Shown here piece by piece: positions 18,976 to 28,897 of a DNA stretch of 64,000 nucleotides. Position 1 is the first letter of the stretch. Every line of letters begins with the position of its first letter. Origin of the DNA: a virus; the IMG/VR virus record IMGVR_UViG_3300050821_018287, positions 1 to 64,000 of that record, one strand, 5' to 3'. The position numbers were made by a program, and so were the translations under genes. The notes under the pieces were generated by a model. It saw only the letters and a list, made by a program, of their open reading frames with translations. It was not told the DNA's origin and made no database searches.

Positions 18976-19839
18976 CTAAGGAGTCAGACTCACGCTCTGG
19001 GAGAGGTAGGGGGCTGAAGCGGCGTTGGTCTCGAAGGTGCCGATCGCCGTCCCCATCGCTGTGTCCGCCCCGAGGACGGTGGTGTGTCCAGCGGCGAGCG
19101 CCGGCATCCCCGCCGTGAAAAGGGCCCCGGCGGCAGCGATGAATGGGGCTGCAAACATCGATCCAAAGATCGGTATGAGCATGAATCCGGCGGCCGTCGC
19201 CATCAGGCCCCCCGCTGCGGCCATTGCTGTCGCCGCTGTCACTGCCGCCGTTTCACCGCCGACCGCGACGGCGAGCTGGGCCTGAAGCTGGGAGTCGAGT
19301 TGCGCCTGGGCGGTGCGGTAGAGATCTCCGTTTACCGCGTGCTGGTTCGGATCCTCCGCGCCGAGGTTCACCTTGGGTGAGGTGAGGACCACCTTCGTGT
19401 CGCTGTTGAGGTAGGACTTCCCTTGGCCGTGGGTGATCCACCGGAGCATCTTGTCCGTCTTGGCGACGAAGACGATGTCCTCCGGGTTGTTGATCGCCTC
19501 CTGCGGAAGAGGCGTGGCCACGTCGAAGGTGCGCCCGGTGACGACGCAGCCGTGCATCGGATCCCCTGCGGGGACCTCAATCTCCAGCTCGTCGTCTTCG
19601 TAGATCTTCGCGTAGAAGCCGAAGCCGATTCCGGAGTAGGGGGAGGCGACCCGCGCCGTCACCACCAGGCCCGACGGCGCCAGCGTCACCTCGACGAAGT
19701 GACCGTCAGCCGACGGAACCGAGTCAGCCATCGCGTACCCCAGGCTGTTCCAGGTCCGCGTGTCCATCCCCGGGCGCGCCAACGCCTCGCCGATCCGGCT
19801 GATGTCGGGTGTGCGCGCCACTCTGGATCGTCGAAGCAC
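18976..19839 (-). CDS. baseplate spike (gpV-like, OB fold)
   Basis: Follows the hub gene; ARVAS...GFGFY...DELEI...GDP OB-fold pattern; hydrophobic C-terminal helices. Confidence 0.7.
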   Translation of the reverse strand: MLRRSRVARTPDISRIGEALARPGMDTRTWNSLGYAMADSVPSADGHFVEVTLAPSGLVVTARVASPYSGIGFGFYAKIYEDDELEIEVPAGDPMHGCVVTGRTFDVATPLPQEAINNPEDIVFVAKTDKMLRWITHGQGKSYLNSDTKVVLTSPKVNLGAEDPNQHAVNGDLYRTAQAQLDSQLQAQLAVAVGGETAAVTAATAMAAAGGLMATAAGFMLIPIFGSMFAAPFIAAAGALFTAGMPALAAGHTTVLGADTAMGTAIGTFETNAASAPYLSQSVSLTP

Positions 19840-19841
19840 GT

Positions 19842-21581
19842 TCAGCCTCCCGGGGAGTCGCTCTCCACGTCGTACCGCGCAACGATGTAGTTTTGGAAGT
19901 CGAAGTCCACCCCCACCCCTGACTCCGAGTCCCAGGCAAACTTCACGTTGCTGACGCGGAAGGTGGTTTGGAGAGCGGTGATGGATTGGCGCGCGGTGTG
20001 GGCGAGCACCTTCGCGATGTTCATGTCCCCGAGGCGGGCGTTGATCGCCGAGGCCAGCTCACCCTCGCTCAGGCTCGCCTGGTTCGTAATCTCCGTGACG
20101 ACCGGCGGCAGGCCGTAGGGTGCGTTGGCGTTGGCGAGGATCTCCACCGCGTCCCCCGGCTGAATGTGGAGCAAGTCCGGGTCGTCATTCGAGCCCCCGA
20201 AGCTGGACAGGTCCATCGTCGAGATGCTCCCGCCCACCTCCTGCCGGGAGATCTGCTCGCGGTACTGCTTGGCGATCTCCTGGAGGCGCGCCTTCGACGA
20301 GATGCCCGGGACGGGGATGCGGAGGATCTCCGTTTGGGACGTGTCGCCCGATGGCGCCACCGTCGTCACCTTCGCCCCGCTCACGCGCTGGTTGGTGCCG
20401 GCCTCGTCGGGCCACTGGGCGGTGATGAGCCGGGACACCCCACGCACCGCGTTGGATGTGTCGACCGAAACACACTCCACCACCGGCACCTTCGTTCCAC
20501 CGAGCTTCCGCCCAAACTTCAGCGAGTGGATGTCCGCCCCGTAGACCATCCGCCGGTACGCGACGTCCACCGACTTCGAGCCCGCGCCGCTCACCAGCTT
20601 CAGGCTCCGCTTCGCGCCACCCTTGAAAGGAGTCTTCCCGCCGCCCGTCGGATCCGAGCTGGTGTCGTCCTTCTGGAAGTCGAAGAGACTCCTGGCACGT
20701 CGAATACGTAGGGTTCGTCCGATGAAGTGGGGGATGGCCCCGACGAGGAAGCAGTACTGAGTGATGATGTCCCAGAAGCTCAGCGTGTTCGGATCCCCCT
20801 GCGTCTTGACGGTGGGGTTGTTCCCGGTGACGCCGGAGTGCACCCGGGTCAAGTCCCCCTGCACGGCAACGGTGGGCACGCCATCGGGCCAATCCGCGTC
20901 GTAAGCCTGGACGTCGATGTCTCCGCCGAGCGGAACGAGGGAGACGATCTGGCTCACCACATCGTCAATCCGTTCGTCCAACTTCAGCTTTTGGAGCGTG
21001 GACGGGCGGATCTTCAGGTCCATGAAGATGCCGCGGAGATCTCTCCCTTCGAGGTGGACGAGGGTGCCGCTGTCGTTCATCTCCACCGTCATCTCATCGC
21101 CGGTGCCGGAGAGGAGGAGGTTGTTGTCCGTCGGGTTCACCACCGACACCCGGCGCCCGCTCGTCTTCCCCTTCGAGTTGACCCCGAGGGTGGAGGTGAG
21201 CCCTTCAGCGAAGTCGTCCTCACTCACCGCGTCGAGGAAGATCTCCACCCCCAGCGCGCGGATGGCCCGGGGGTCAAACGGGAAGTCCCGAAACTCCAGC
21301 TCCATCCGCCACTTCCCGGCCTGGTGGTAGCCGGGCAGCTCCACGTCACACTTCTTCGGGACGACGGCGAAGACCTGGCTGAACTGATCCGCCTGTCCCG
21401 CGAGGAGCGCGGGCTGGAGGGCTTGCTTGATGGTGGAGCCGATGCTGGCGGCGATGCCCTGATTGCTCGCCATGTCGTCCACGCTGTTAGCGGACGGCTC
21501 GGAGCCACCGATGATCGCTTGCTCGAAGCGGATCCGGAAGTTGACCGCGCACGACGGGTAGTAGAAGGGCATCGCCGTCAT
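19842..21581 (-). CDS. baseplate hub protein
   Basis: Position; LEGRDL motif; C-terminal FRV..V...W. Confidence 0.7.
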   Translation of the reverse strand: MTAMPFYYPSCAVNFRIRFEQAIIGGSEPSANSVDDMASNQGIAASIGSTIKQALQPALLAGQADQFSQVFAVVPKKCDVELPGYHQAGKWRMELEFRDFPFDPRAIRALGVEIFLDAVSEDDFAEGLTSTLGVNSKGKTSGRRVSVVNPTDNNLLLSGTGDEMTVEMNDSGTLVHLEGRDLRGIFMDLKIRPSTLQKLKLDERIDDVVSQIVSLVPLGGDIDVQAYDADWPDGVPTVAVQGDLTRVHSGVTGNNPTVKTQGDPNTLSFWDIITQYCFLVGAIPHFIGRTLRIRRARSLFDFQKDDTSSDPTGGGKTPFKGGAKRSLKLVSGAGSKSVDVAYRRMVYGADIHSLKFGRKLGGTKVPVVECVSVDTSNAVRGVSRLITAQWPDEAGTNQRVSGAKVTTVAPSGDTSQTEILRIPVPGISSKARLQEIAKQYREQISRQEVGGSISTMDLSSFGGSNDDPDLLHIQPGDAVEILANANAPYGLPPVVTEITNQASLSEGELASAINARLGDMNIAKVLAHTARQSITALQTTFRVSNVKFAWDSESGVGVDFDFQNYIVARYDVESDSPGG

Positions 21582-22732
21582 GCGTCACCCGTCGTGAGGC
21601 GCGGCACCAAGACGAGCTGCCCAGCAAAAAGAAGGCTCGTCGATAGCCCGTTGAACTGCATGATCTGCTGCCAGTTGTCCGGGGTGCCGTAGTAGGTGAC
21701 GGAGATCCGCCGAAGGTCCGTGTTGTCCGAGGCGGTGAAGATGGCGATGATGTCCTGTTGCTCGGCCTGGACCCGGAATTGGTCCGCCTGGTCCGCCGCC
21801 GTCGCCTTCATGTCCTGGGCCGCGCGAATGACGCTGCGGCTGTACTTCGCGGAGGCGAGCGCGTCCCCCTCCCCGAGCGAGGGGAGAGGCTCGTTGATGA
21901 GCCCGAGGGAAGGGACGCTCTGAAGCGAATCGATGATGACGTTGGAGTTGTCGATCACGCTCTGGCAGGCGGCGATCCCGATGCGCAACGAGTCCACCGG
22001 CGCCAGCACCGCGATCGTCATGTTCGCGATTGCGTTTTGGATGGAGTTGACCGCGTCCTGGATGTCGCTGGTGGCGGTGACCACGGTGTCGAAGACGGTG
22101 AAGAGAGCGTCGAAGGGTGGCTGGATCTTCGCGAGGAGCTTGGAGAGTTTCGTCTGGAGGTTGGCGAGGAGCCCGGCCTGGTCCCCTTGGGTGTGGAAGC
22201 CGACCGGCGGAGGTGCCTGCTCGATGGAGATCCACTCGAAGGTGATCTCCCACTCCAAGTCTTCGTGCCGGTGCCACTTCTTCCGAAACTTCTTCATGTA
22301 CCCGTAGCGCGACTCCGTATCCCAGGACACCTGGAGGAGCTGGCCGCGGCGGCGGATCGTGTCAATGAACTTGGCGAGGGTGGCGACGTCCGCCGCCTGC
22401 ACCCCGTCGATGAGCGCGACGCCTTCCGGTTGGACCGGGACGCTGCCGGTTCCGCCGAAGACGGTGACGCCCGAGTCGGTGACCGGCGAAATGAAGACGT
22501 CCTTCCACATCCCGTTGATGGTGGATTCGTCCTCCTTCGAGCCGAGCATCTGGAGCGTGGCGACCGGCGAGCCCGGGTACCACGTCACCGTCGCGCGCAT
22601 CTCCCCCGACACCTCGTAGGGGCGGTACGGGAGAGCGCGCCCGGCGAGAATGACTGAGTGGAGCCCGGCGGCGCCCGTCTGGGAGGAGACCTCCTGGATG
22701 GTGTAGCTGGTGGCGGTCCCGCCGTCCGGCAT
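21578..22732 (-). CDS. tail tube initiator with C-terminal LysM-like (gpX) domain
   Basis: DLRRISVTYYGTPDNWQQIMQFNGL...GQLVLVP. Confidence 0.8.
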   Translation of the reverse strand: MPDGGTATSYTIQEVSSQTGAAGLHSVILAGRALPYRPYEVSGEMRATVTWYPGSPVATLQMLGSKEDESTINGMWKDVFISPVTDSGVTVFGGTGSVPVQPEGVALIDGVQAADVATLAKFIDTIRRRGQLLQVSWDTESRYGYMKKFRKKWHRHEDLEWEITFEWISIEQAPPPVGFHTQGDQAGLLANLQTKLSKLLAKIQPPFDALFTVFDTVVTATSDIQDAVNSIQNAIANMTIAVLAPVDSLRIGIAACQSVIDNSNVIIDSLQSVPSLGLINEPLPSLGEGDALASAKYSRSVIRAAQDMKATAADQADQFRVQAEQQDIIAIFTASDNTDLRRISVTYYGTPDNWQQIMQFNGLSTSLLFAGQLVLVPRLTTGDA

Positions 22733-24582
22733 CAGCGCACCCCGTAGATCGGGGCGAAGCCGGACTGGAGCCGGCGCTCACCCAGCGCGGCGAGATCGTT
22801 CGTGAAGGCCACCGCCATCCGATCCGGGTCAAACCCCTCGGCAAACTTCTGCTCGATGTTGAAGCGGCTTCCGCGGAAGTCGAAGGTGGGTGGGCCGCTT
22901 CTCCCGTCGGGCGTCTTCCGCGACAGCGTGCGCTCCGTGGAGCGGTGCTTCGCTTCCTCCTCGGCGATCCGTCCCAGGACGCGGAAGGTGTCGGAGAAGG
23001 TGCCGAAAGCCTCGGAGAGGAAGGGCTTCGTAGCGGTGCGCTTCTTCTGCTCGTCCTGGAGGTACTTCTCCATCGGCCCGGCCAGGTTCGTCTTCAACCC
23101 GCCCATGCCCGGGATCTTCGCCACCGCCGCCGTCACGTTGTCGATGACCCGGAGGAAGAAGATCCCCAGGTTCATGAACACGTCGAAGGCGACGTGGCCG
23201 AAGGTCTCCAACGCCTGCTTCGCGCCGAGCTTGAACAGCTCCCAGAATTGGGGGAAGGCGATGCCGATGGTGCGGATGACGCGGATGAAACCCTCGGTGT
23301 ACTTCAGGTAGAGGATCAGCGCCTTCGGGATGAGGGTGATGAAGAAGCGGCCGATCCCCCCGTCCGGCCCGAAGATGCGCTTCACCCGCTCCCACACCGC
23401 GTCCAGCCCGCCGAAGCCGGACAGGATGGAGTCGACCTGGACCATGATCTTGTCCCAGGTGGCGAGAAGCTCTGTGCGAACCCCGCCCACATCATCCCGG
23501 AAGGCGACGAAGGTGGCGTAGGCGGCGGCGAGCACCAAAGCAACGGCCCCCACGACGGCGAGGACGGGCCCCACGGCGGCAACGATGCCCGCCACCCCAC
23601 CTCCGGCCTGCCCGTAGGCGAACGCCCCTCCCATCGCCATCTGGGAGCCTTTGCCGATGGCGCGACCAGCCCACCCGGTCATCCCCATCCCCGTCGCCTT
23701 CATCAGGCCGTAGTTGAGGAGGAGCACCTTGCCGATGTTGAGGATGAGCTTCCCGTGCTTCTCCAGGACCCTCCCCAGCACCTCCCCAAATTCCGCGGCC
23801 TTGTCCACCCAGTGGTCCAGGTTGTCGGAGACGTGGCCCATCAGCTTCTCGATGACGGGGAAGAGGCGGGTGCCGATGGCGACTTTGATGTGCTCCCAGC
23901 CCTCGGCGATCTTGTTCTTCGACTCCTCGATCCGTCGCATCTGCTGGACGGTGGAGGCGTGGACGGCGATGTTGGACTTGGACACCTTGTCGATGGCCGC
24001 TTTCATCGCCGCCGGCCCACGCTCCAGCACCCGCATCAAGTCGAGCGCTTGACGCGGGGCCACCCCCAGCATCATCGCCACCTGCCCCACCCCCATCTTC
24101 CCCTTCTGGACCTGGCGGGACATCTGCTCCAGGGCGTGCTCCGGGCCCTTGGAGATGTCGATCCCCATCTGCCGGTAGACGTTGACCAGGGCCCCGGCGT
24201 GGCCGGTGGCGCCCTGCATAGACATCTCCAGCATCGCGCCCTTCTTCGACATGCGCGTGAGGATCCGCTCGGCCTCCTCGCCGTGGACCCCGTACTGGTT
24301 CATCAGCGAGACGAGCCCGTGGGTGCGCTCAGTCGTTTCGCCGGTGATTTGCGAGACGCGATCGATGGTGCGGACGAACTCCATCGACCCGCGGATGACT
24401 TCCTCGAAGCCGAAGGCGGCGCCGATCCCGCCGAGGAGCCCCCCCATCATCCCCACCGCCTCGGACGCCTTGTTGAAAAGCTCGGTGGTCTTGGTGAGGG
24501 ACTTCTGGATCGCGGAAAGGTGCTTTGTCGCGTGGTCCGCGATGGTGATGTGTTCTTCGACTCTGTGCTGTACGTCGGCCAC
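22732..24582 (-). CDS. tape measure protein
   Basis: Long alpha-helical Ala/Gly-rich protein with TM segments, following the chaperone. Confidence 0.85.
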   Translation of the reverse strand: MADVQHRVEEHITIADHATKHLSAIQKSLTKTTELFNKASEAVGMMGGLLGGIGAAFGFEEVIRGSMEFVRTIDRVSQITGETTERTHGLVSLMNQYGVHGEEAERILTRMSKKGAMLEMSMQGATGHAGALVNVYRQMGIDISKGPEHALEQMSRQVQKGKMGVGQVAMMLGVAPRQALDLMRVLERGPAAMKAAIDKVSKSNIAVHASTVQQMRRIEESKNKIAEGWEHIKVAIGTRLFPVIEKLMGHVSDNLDHWVDKAAEFGEVLGRVLEKHGKLILNIGKVLLLNYGLMKATGMGMTGWAGRAIGKGSQMAMGGAFAYGQAGGGVAGIVAAVGPVLAVVGAVALVLAAAYATFVAFRDDVGGVRTELLATWDKIMVQVDSILSGFGGLDAVWERVKRIFGPDGGIGRFFITLIPKALILYLKYTEGFIRVIRTIGIAFPQFWELFKLGAKQALETFGHVAFDVFMNLGIFFLRVIDNVTAAVAKIPGMGGLKTNLAGPMEKYLQDEQKKRTATKPFLSEAFGTFSDTFRVLGRIAEEEAKHRSTERTLSRKTPDGRSGPPTFDFRGSRFNIEQKFAEGFDPDRMAVAFTNDLAALGERRLQSGFAPIYGVR

Positions 24583-24586
24583 GCGC

Positions 24587-24829
24587 TTACTCCCTCTCGA
24601 TCGCCTTGTTCTCCTCGGTCACGATCCTGTCCGTCTCCTCCGCCAGCATCCTCAACCGGCTCATCGGCAGTCGAAGGGAGACATCCGCGGGCTGGTGGGC
24701 GTAGCGTCCGAGGTAGGCGACGAGCTTGAAGATCCGCCGCTCGTAGCTGTCTCGCCCCACCATCCGCGAGAAGTGGAAGGCGAAGACCCCGAGGCTCAGC
24801 CCACCTTCACCTTCCTTGACTGCAAAAAA
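24587..24829 (-). CDS. tail assembly chaperone -1 frameshift extension (GT-like)
   Basis: The -1 frame is open from slippery T TTT TTG (24829-24823) to TAA at 24587, just before the tape measure start. Confidence 0.8.
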   Translation of the reverse strand, partial: FFAVKEGEGGLSLGVFAFHFSRMVGRDSYERRIFKLVAYLGRYAHQPADVSLRLPMSRLRMLAEETDRIVTEENKAIERE

Positions 24830-25179
24830 TCGTTGGCGTCCTCCTCTGGCGGCGTGTGGATGTCGGAGTAGGCGCGCATGACGAGGTTGCGGAGCCGCGA
24901 CCCCATCTCATTCCACGCCTTGTCCGCGCTCCCGTCGGCCAGAGACAGCTTCGCGCCGTTGAGTCCAACCAGCGACGTCTTCGCCATCTCGAACGCGAGG
25001 CGCACGTTGTCCGAGCGCGAGCGCTTCGCCGCGTCCAGCTCCTCGTCCGCGGTCAGCTCCACCAGCTCGATCGTCCCAAGCTTCGAGGTGAAGACGTGGA
25101 CCGGGCGCACGGGCGCCGGTGGCGGGACGATCCCCATCTGCGGCTGCGACGGCTTCGCTTGCTGCGGTGCTCCTGCCAT
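24796..25179 (-). CDS. tail assembly chaperone (G-like)
   Basis: Between tube and tape measure; ELTADEEL; slippery site near the 3' end. Confidence 0.85.
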   Translation of the reverse strand: MAGAPQQAKPSQPQMGIVPPPAPVRPVHVFTSKLGTIELVELTADEELDAAKRSRSDNVRLAFEMAKTSLVGLNGAKLSLADGSADKAWNEMGSRLRNLVMRAYSDIHTPPEEDANDFLQSRKVKVG

Positions 25180-25216
25180 GTTGCTCTCCTTTGTGAAGCC
25201 CCCTGGAGAGGGCGGT

Positions 25217-25648
25217 TTAGAGGAAGGACACCCCGGCAGCCTCGCCGTCCAGCTTCAACGTGCCGTAGTCCTGGCGCGTGGGGAAGTTGAAGGGCATGTC
25301 GCCGAAGAAGATGTTCTGCACCACCGCGCGCACACGCTGGCCGTTGGGGAAGTTGAAGGCCCCTTTGGCGTTGATGACGGTGCCGGGGGTGCGCCGACGC
25401 GCCCGGTTCAGGACGCTCGTGACGAGGTTGAAGACGTCCGAGTTTTCGTAATGCAGCTCGGCCGCGACGCGGACGCCTTTGAAGATCTCGTCGTAGCGAT
25501 CGGTCGTCTCGCCCAGGTACCCTTCCTGGAGCCGGTCAAACTTCAGCGTCAGCTCGAAGCTCCGGAAGTCGGTGATGGTCTGCTGGACGGCCCCGTTCAC
25601 CACCAGGAGGAGGGATACCTCCTGCCCTTTGATTCTTTGATCTGCCAC
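25217..25648 (-). CDS. tail tube protein
   Basis: 143-aa beta protein after the sheath; GTG start at 25648 with AAGGAG RBS. Confidence 0.8.
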   Translation of the reverse strand: MADQRIKGQEVSLLLVVNGAVQQTITDFRSFELTLKFDRLQEGYLGETTDRYDEIFKGVRVAAELHYENSDVFNLVTSVLNRARRRTPGTVINAKGAFNFPNGQRVRAVVQNIFFGDMPFNFPTRQDYGTLKLDGEAAGVSFL

Positions 25649-25677
25649 GGCCCTTCTCCTTCCCTCCACGAAGACGC

Positions 25678-25725
25678 AAAAAAAGCGCGCAAGGATCCGG
25701 GGAGGGGGGACGGATCCTCGCGCGC
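25678..25725 (-). terminator. intrinsic terminator downstream of the tRNA
   Basis: - strand GCGCGCGAGGATCC...GGATCCTTGCGCGC followed by T7. Confidence 0.8.
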
Positions 25726-25818
25726 CCTATCCCGTCCTGCCCAAAGGGGACGGTGAAGCGTGCGTCAAGTTGAGGGCGACAGCTTCGCTCTACATCGGTG
25801 TCCTTTGCCTCGTAACCT

Positions 25819-25890
25819 TTGCGCCGGGGGGAGTTGAACCCCCTACCTCCGGGTTATGAGCCCAGCGAGCTACCGTTGCTCCACGGCACG
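25819..25890 (-). tRNA. initiator tRNA-fMet (CAT)
   Basis: CGTGCCG-TGGAGCAACGGTAGCTCG-CTGGG CTCATAA CCCGG-AGGTA-GGGGG TTCAACT CCCCC-CGGCGCA-A; C1:A72 mismatch and three G-C pairs in the anticodon stem; CCA not encoded. Confidence 0.95.
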
Positions 25891-25929
25891 GAGAGGGACG
25901 GTACCAATCGTCCCTCTCCCACGTCAAGC

Positions 25930-28155
25930 CTACTGCGACTTGACCTGGACGGTGCCGTTGCCGACCTGGGCCTGGATGACGATGAAGTCGGCGGTGGCCA
26001 GCATCTGGACCTGGACGATGATGACGAAGACACCCTGCGCGGTCAGATCCGGCGTGTTGCCCGAGATGTCGTCCACCGCGAACGCCTGGATGCGCTGCGC
26101 GGCTGGGTTGTCCGGGGAGAGGAGCGTGTTGAGGAAGGTGGTGGTCTCCTCCGTCGCCGCATCCTGGAGCCCCTGAGTGAGAGGGAGCTTCGAGATCGGC
26201 TTCAGCCCCACCGCCAGGCTGTCCTCGATGAAGTCGGCCATCCTCCGACGGTTGACGTTGGTGGTGTTCGCCACCAAGGAAGTCGTCACTCCCGACTGGA
26301 TGATCGGCCCAACATCGGCGTCGATCTTCAGCGCCATGATGCCGTTCTGCCGGTAGGCGATGTAGTCGTTCATCGCCAGCGGAGTCGTCACGTTGCGCTG
26401 GATGCCGGTGATGGGAGCCAGGACGGTGGTGACCGGCGGAGACTCCTGCGCCGGGTTCCGCTCGGGAGCGAGGTTGGAGTAGATGGAGGCGATCCACCCG
26501 TCCAGGTGCGTGTCGAGGATGCCGTTGGTGTAGAAGTTTCCGTCAGCACCCTTGATGTTGGTGAAGCCGACCGCCTCCGGAACGAAGGTGGTGCCCCCTG
26601 GCCAACCGTAGCTCACGCGCTCGTCGCGGTTGCCTCCGGCGCCCGGGTCCGTCGCGCCGATGGCCGCGGAGGTGGTGTTCACCGAGCTGAACTCCGGCGA
26701 GAGGATCGTGGTCATCCCGCGTCCGAGCGCGGAGCGCTGGTCCACCAGGGTCCGCAGCGCGGATCGGATGTTGGCGGAGTGGCGCGCGGCGAAGGTGACG
26801 TTGGTGTTGTGGGCGGGGTTCTGCTCCGAGAGCATCGCGTTGATGGCGGTGGAGTAGAGGGTGTCGATGGCCGCGGCGTTGACCGCGTTCGGTCCCTGGA
26901 CGGCCGCCGTGAAGGTCAGGCCACCCGCCTGGGTAATCATCGTCAAGCCCGACAGCGGATCCCACGTCGAAGCGGTGGGGGCCGGCGGGATGATCGTCGG
27001 AGGGAGCTGGGTGTTGGCGGGAATCGTCGCGTCCAGCGGTCGGGCGGGGACGGTGAAGCCGGCCGCGGCGCTGAAGATCTGCTGCCCGCCGGTGTCGCCG
27101 TCCGTGGCCGGCTGGAGCCGCCAGGGGAGAGCCGCTCCGGCGACCCAGTTGGAGGCGGTGAAGTTGCTCCCGTTCAACTGCTCGATGACGAGATCTCCGG
27201 TGTCGGTGAAGGCGTTGACGCGGTAGGTGCCCGCGTCAGTCCCCAGCGCTCCACCTCCAGAGAGGACGCCCAGGACGAGCATGTCACCGACCTGGACCGG
27301 CTGACCGTTGTTGGCGGTCTTGAAGCTGGTGAGGGAGAGGTACTCCACCGCCGTCGAGGCGACGTTGGAGCCGGTCTGGTTGAAGGTGAAGGTCGTCCCG
27401 GTGACTCCCGGGAGGACCGTCACCGGCCCGGCCGGGAAGTTGGCCTCACCGGGGGCGATGAAGAGGGTGACGCCCGCGACGATCCACGAGGGCACCGCCG
27501 CGACGGTCGCCGTGACGAGGTTTCCGCCGGTCCGCACCAACCCGCCGATCCCCACCGACAGGCCGATGGAGAAGACTTGGGTGGCGGCGGGAAGCCCGGT
27601 GGGCACCACGTTGCCGTCGATGTTCGCGACGTAGGGGCCGAAGTTGGTGAAGGCGACGCGGCCCGCGTTGCGGACGCGGTTGCTGCCGTTCTGGAACTGC
27701 TTTCCCGCGAGCACCACCGCGCCCTGGCCCGGGACGACGGGCTGCGGCTGGGTGGCGGAGATGTTGGTGGGAAGCTGGCGGATGTAGCGGACGGCTTGGG
27801 CCGAAGCGAGGTTGACCGGGACGATGACGAGGGAGGTGTAGATCTTGTTTCGGAGGGCCACGAAGCCGCTGCCGCCCGCGTTCCCGAAGTCGCCCAGAAA
27901 TTCGTCGAAGGGGCCGGCCTTGTTCAGGTAGTCCTGGGAGCTGAAGACCTGGGTGGGGTTCGGCGCGGTGGAGACGACTCCGCCGGACACCGACACCCCG
28001 TAGGTCATGTCGGCGAATTCCCCGACGCAAGCCACCTGTCCGCCGTTGACGCCGTTGATCGCCCCAGGCGGCGGGAGGTCGACGATGATCACACCTTCGA
28101 TGAGGGTGATCTGCTGGACGGTGGGGAAGAAATTGAAGCGTCGGACGAAGCTCAC
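25930..28155 (-). CDS. tail sheath protein
   Basis: EGVIIVDLPPPGAINGV N-terminus; NRRRMADFI...ADFIVI C-terminus. Confidence 0.92.
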   Translation of the reverse strand: MSFVRRFNFFPTVQQITLIEGVIIVDLPPPGAINGVNGGQVACVGEFADMTYGVSVSGGVVSTAPNPTQVFSSQDYLNKAGPFDEFLGDFGNAGGSGFVALRNKIYTSLVIVPVNLASAQAVRYIRQLPTNISATQPQPVVPGQGAVVLAGKQFQNGSNRVRNAGRVAFTNFGPYVANIDGNVVPTGLPAATQVFSIGLSVGIGGLVRTGGNLVTATVAAVPSWIVAGVTLFIAPGEANFPAGPVTVLPGVTGTTFTFNQTGSNVASTAVEYLSLTSFKTANNGQPVQVGDMLVLGVLSGGGALGTDAGTYRVNAFTDTGDLVIEQLNGSNFTASNWVAGAALPWRLQPATDGDTGGQQIFSAAAGFTVPARPLDATIPANTQLPPTIIPPAPTASTWDPLSGLTMITQAGGLTFTAAVQGPNAVNAAAIDTLYSTAINAMLSEQNPAHNTNVTFAARHSANIRSALRTLVDQRSALGRGMTTILSPEFSSVNTTSAAIGATDPGAGGNRDERVSYGWPGGTTFVPEAVGFTNIKGADGNFYTNGILDTHLDGWIASIYSNLAPERNPAQESPPVTTVLAPITGIQRNVTTPLAMNDYIAYRQNGIMALKIDADVGPIIQSGVTTSLVANTTNVNRRRMADFIEDSLAVGLKPISKLPLTQGLQDAATEETTTFLNTLLSPDNPAAQRIQAFAVDDISGNTPDLTAQGVFVIIVQVQMLATADFIVIQAQVGNGTVQVKSQ

Positions 28156-28168
28156 GGATGGGCCTCCT

Positions 28169-28897
28169 TCAACTGAAAACCTTGGTGTTTGGTCCTATCA
28201 CGAGAGGACCGGAATTGACATTGGGAGCTGCGGACCCGGCGCCTTTGACCACGGGCTTCGCCGGCATGTAGCGGACCGCCTTCGCCACCGGCACCTGCGC
28301 CTGAACGAAGATGGAGGCGCGCCGGTAGCGCCGATCCACGTTCTCCTCGTCGTCCAGGTACCGCATCCGCTCCATCGAGTAGGTGGCGCGCTCGTTGAAG
28401 TAGTGGGGGAGATCCAGCCGAAACCCGTACATGAAATCGACCGGGTTGAAAGCCGCCTCGCACATCGCCATCAGCTCCCGGCGCATCGCCCGGTCCACCG
28501 CCCAGATGTCGACGATGATGGGGAGTGTGAACTCCGCCAGCTTCAGGAGGTAGGGGCCGTCGATGTCGGTGCCGATCTTGTAGCGAGGATCCAGCGTCGG
28601 AGTGAAGCTGTGCGCGTCGTAGATGCCTTCCTCCTGGCTCCACACCGCCGCCGACGGGTACTCCGCCTGGGACTCGGCGTCCGCCCACTCGGAGAAGACC
28701 TTGTTGAAGCGGACTTCGCGCCCACCCACCGCCACCGCCTTCAGCGTCAGGAGGTACTCGGCGAGCCCCCGCGTCAGCGCCGTCCGCGCGTCCGTCTCGC
28801 GGTTCAGCGTGTAGGCCACCGGCTTCGTGTCGGAGGTGACGAGGGTGGTGCCGGGGATCGGCGAGAGGTCCACGCCTTCCGAGGGGAGATCGCTCAA
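28169..28897 (-). CDS. tail terminator / neck protein
   Basis: YPSAAV motif; directly upstream of the sheath; TTG start overlapping the previous stop. Confidence 0.65.
   Translation of the reverse strand: MSDLPSEGVDLSPIPGTTLVTSDTKPVAYTLNRETDARTALTRGLAEYLLTLKAVAVGGREVRFNKVFSEWADAESQAEYPSAAVWSQEEGIYDAHSFTPTLDPRYKIGTDIDGPYLLKLAEFTLPIIVDIWAVDRAMRRELMAMCEAAFNPVDFMYGFRLDLPHYFNERATYSMERMRYLDDEENVDRRYRRASIFVQAQVPVAKAVRYMPAKPVVKGAGSAAPNVNSGPLVIGPNTKVFS

Noticed and set aside
13200-28155. Stand-alone contractile injection system or tailocin
   Set aside because: Capsid, scaffold, portal and terminase are present, so this is a phage
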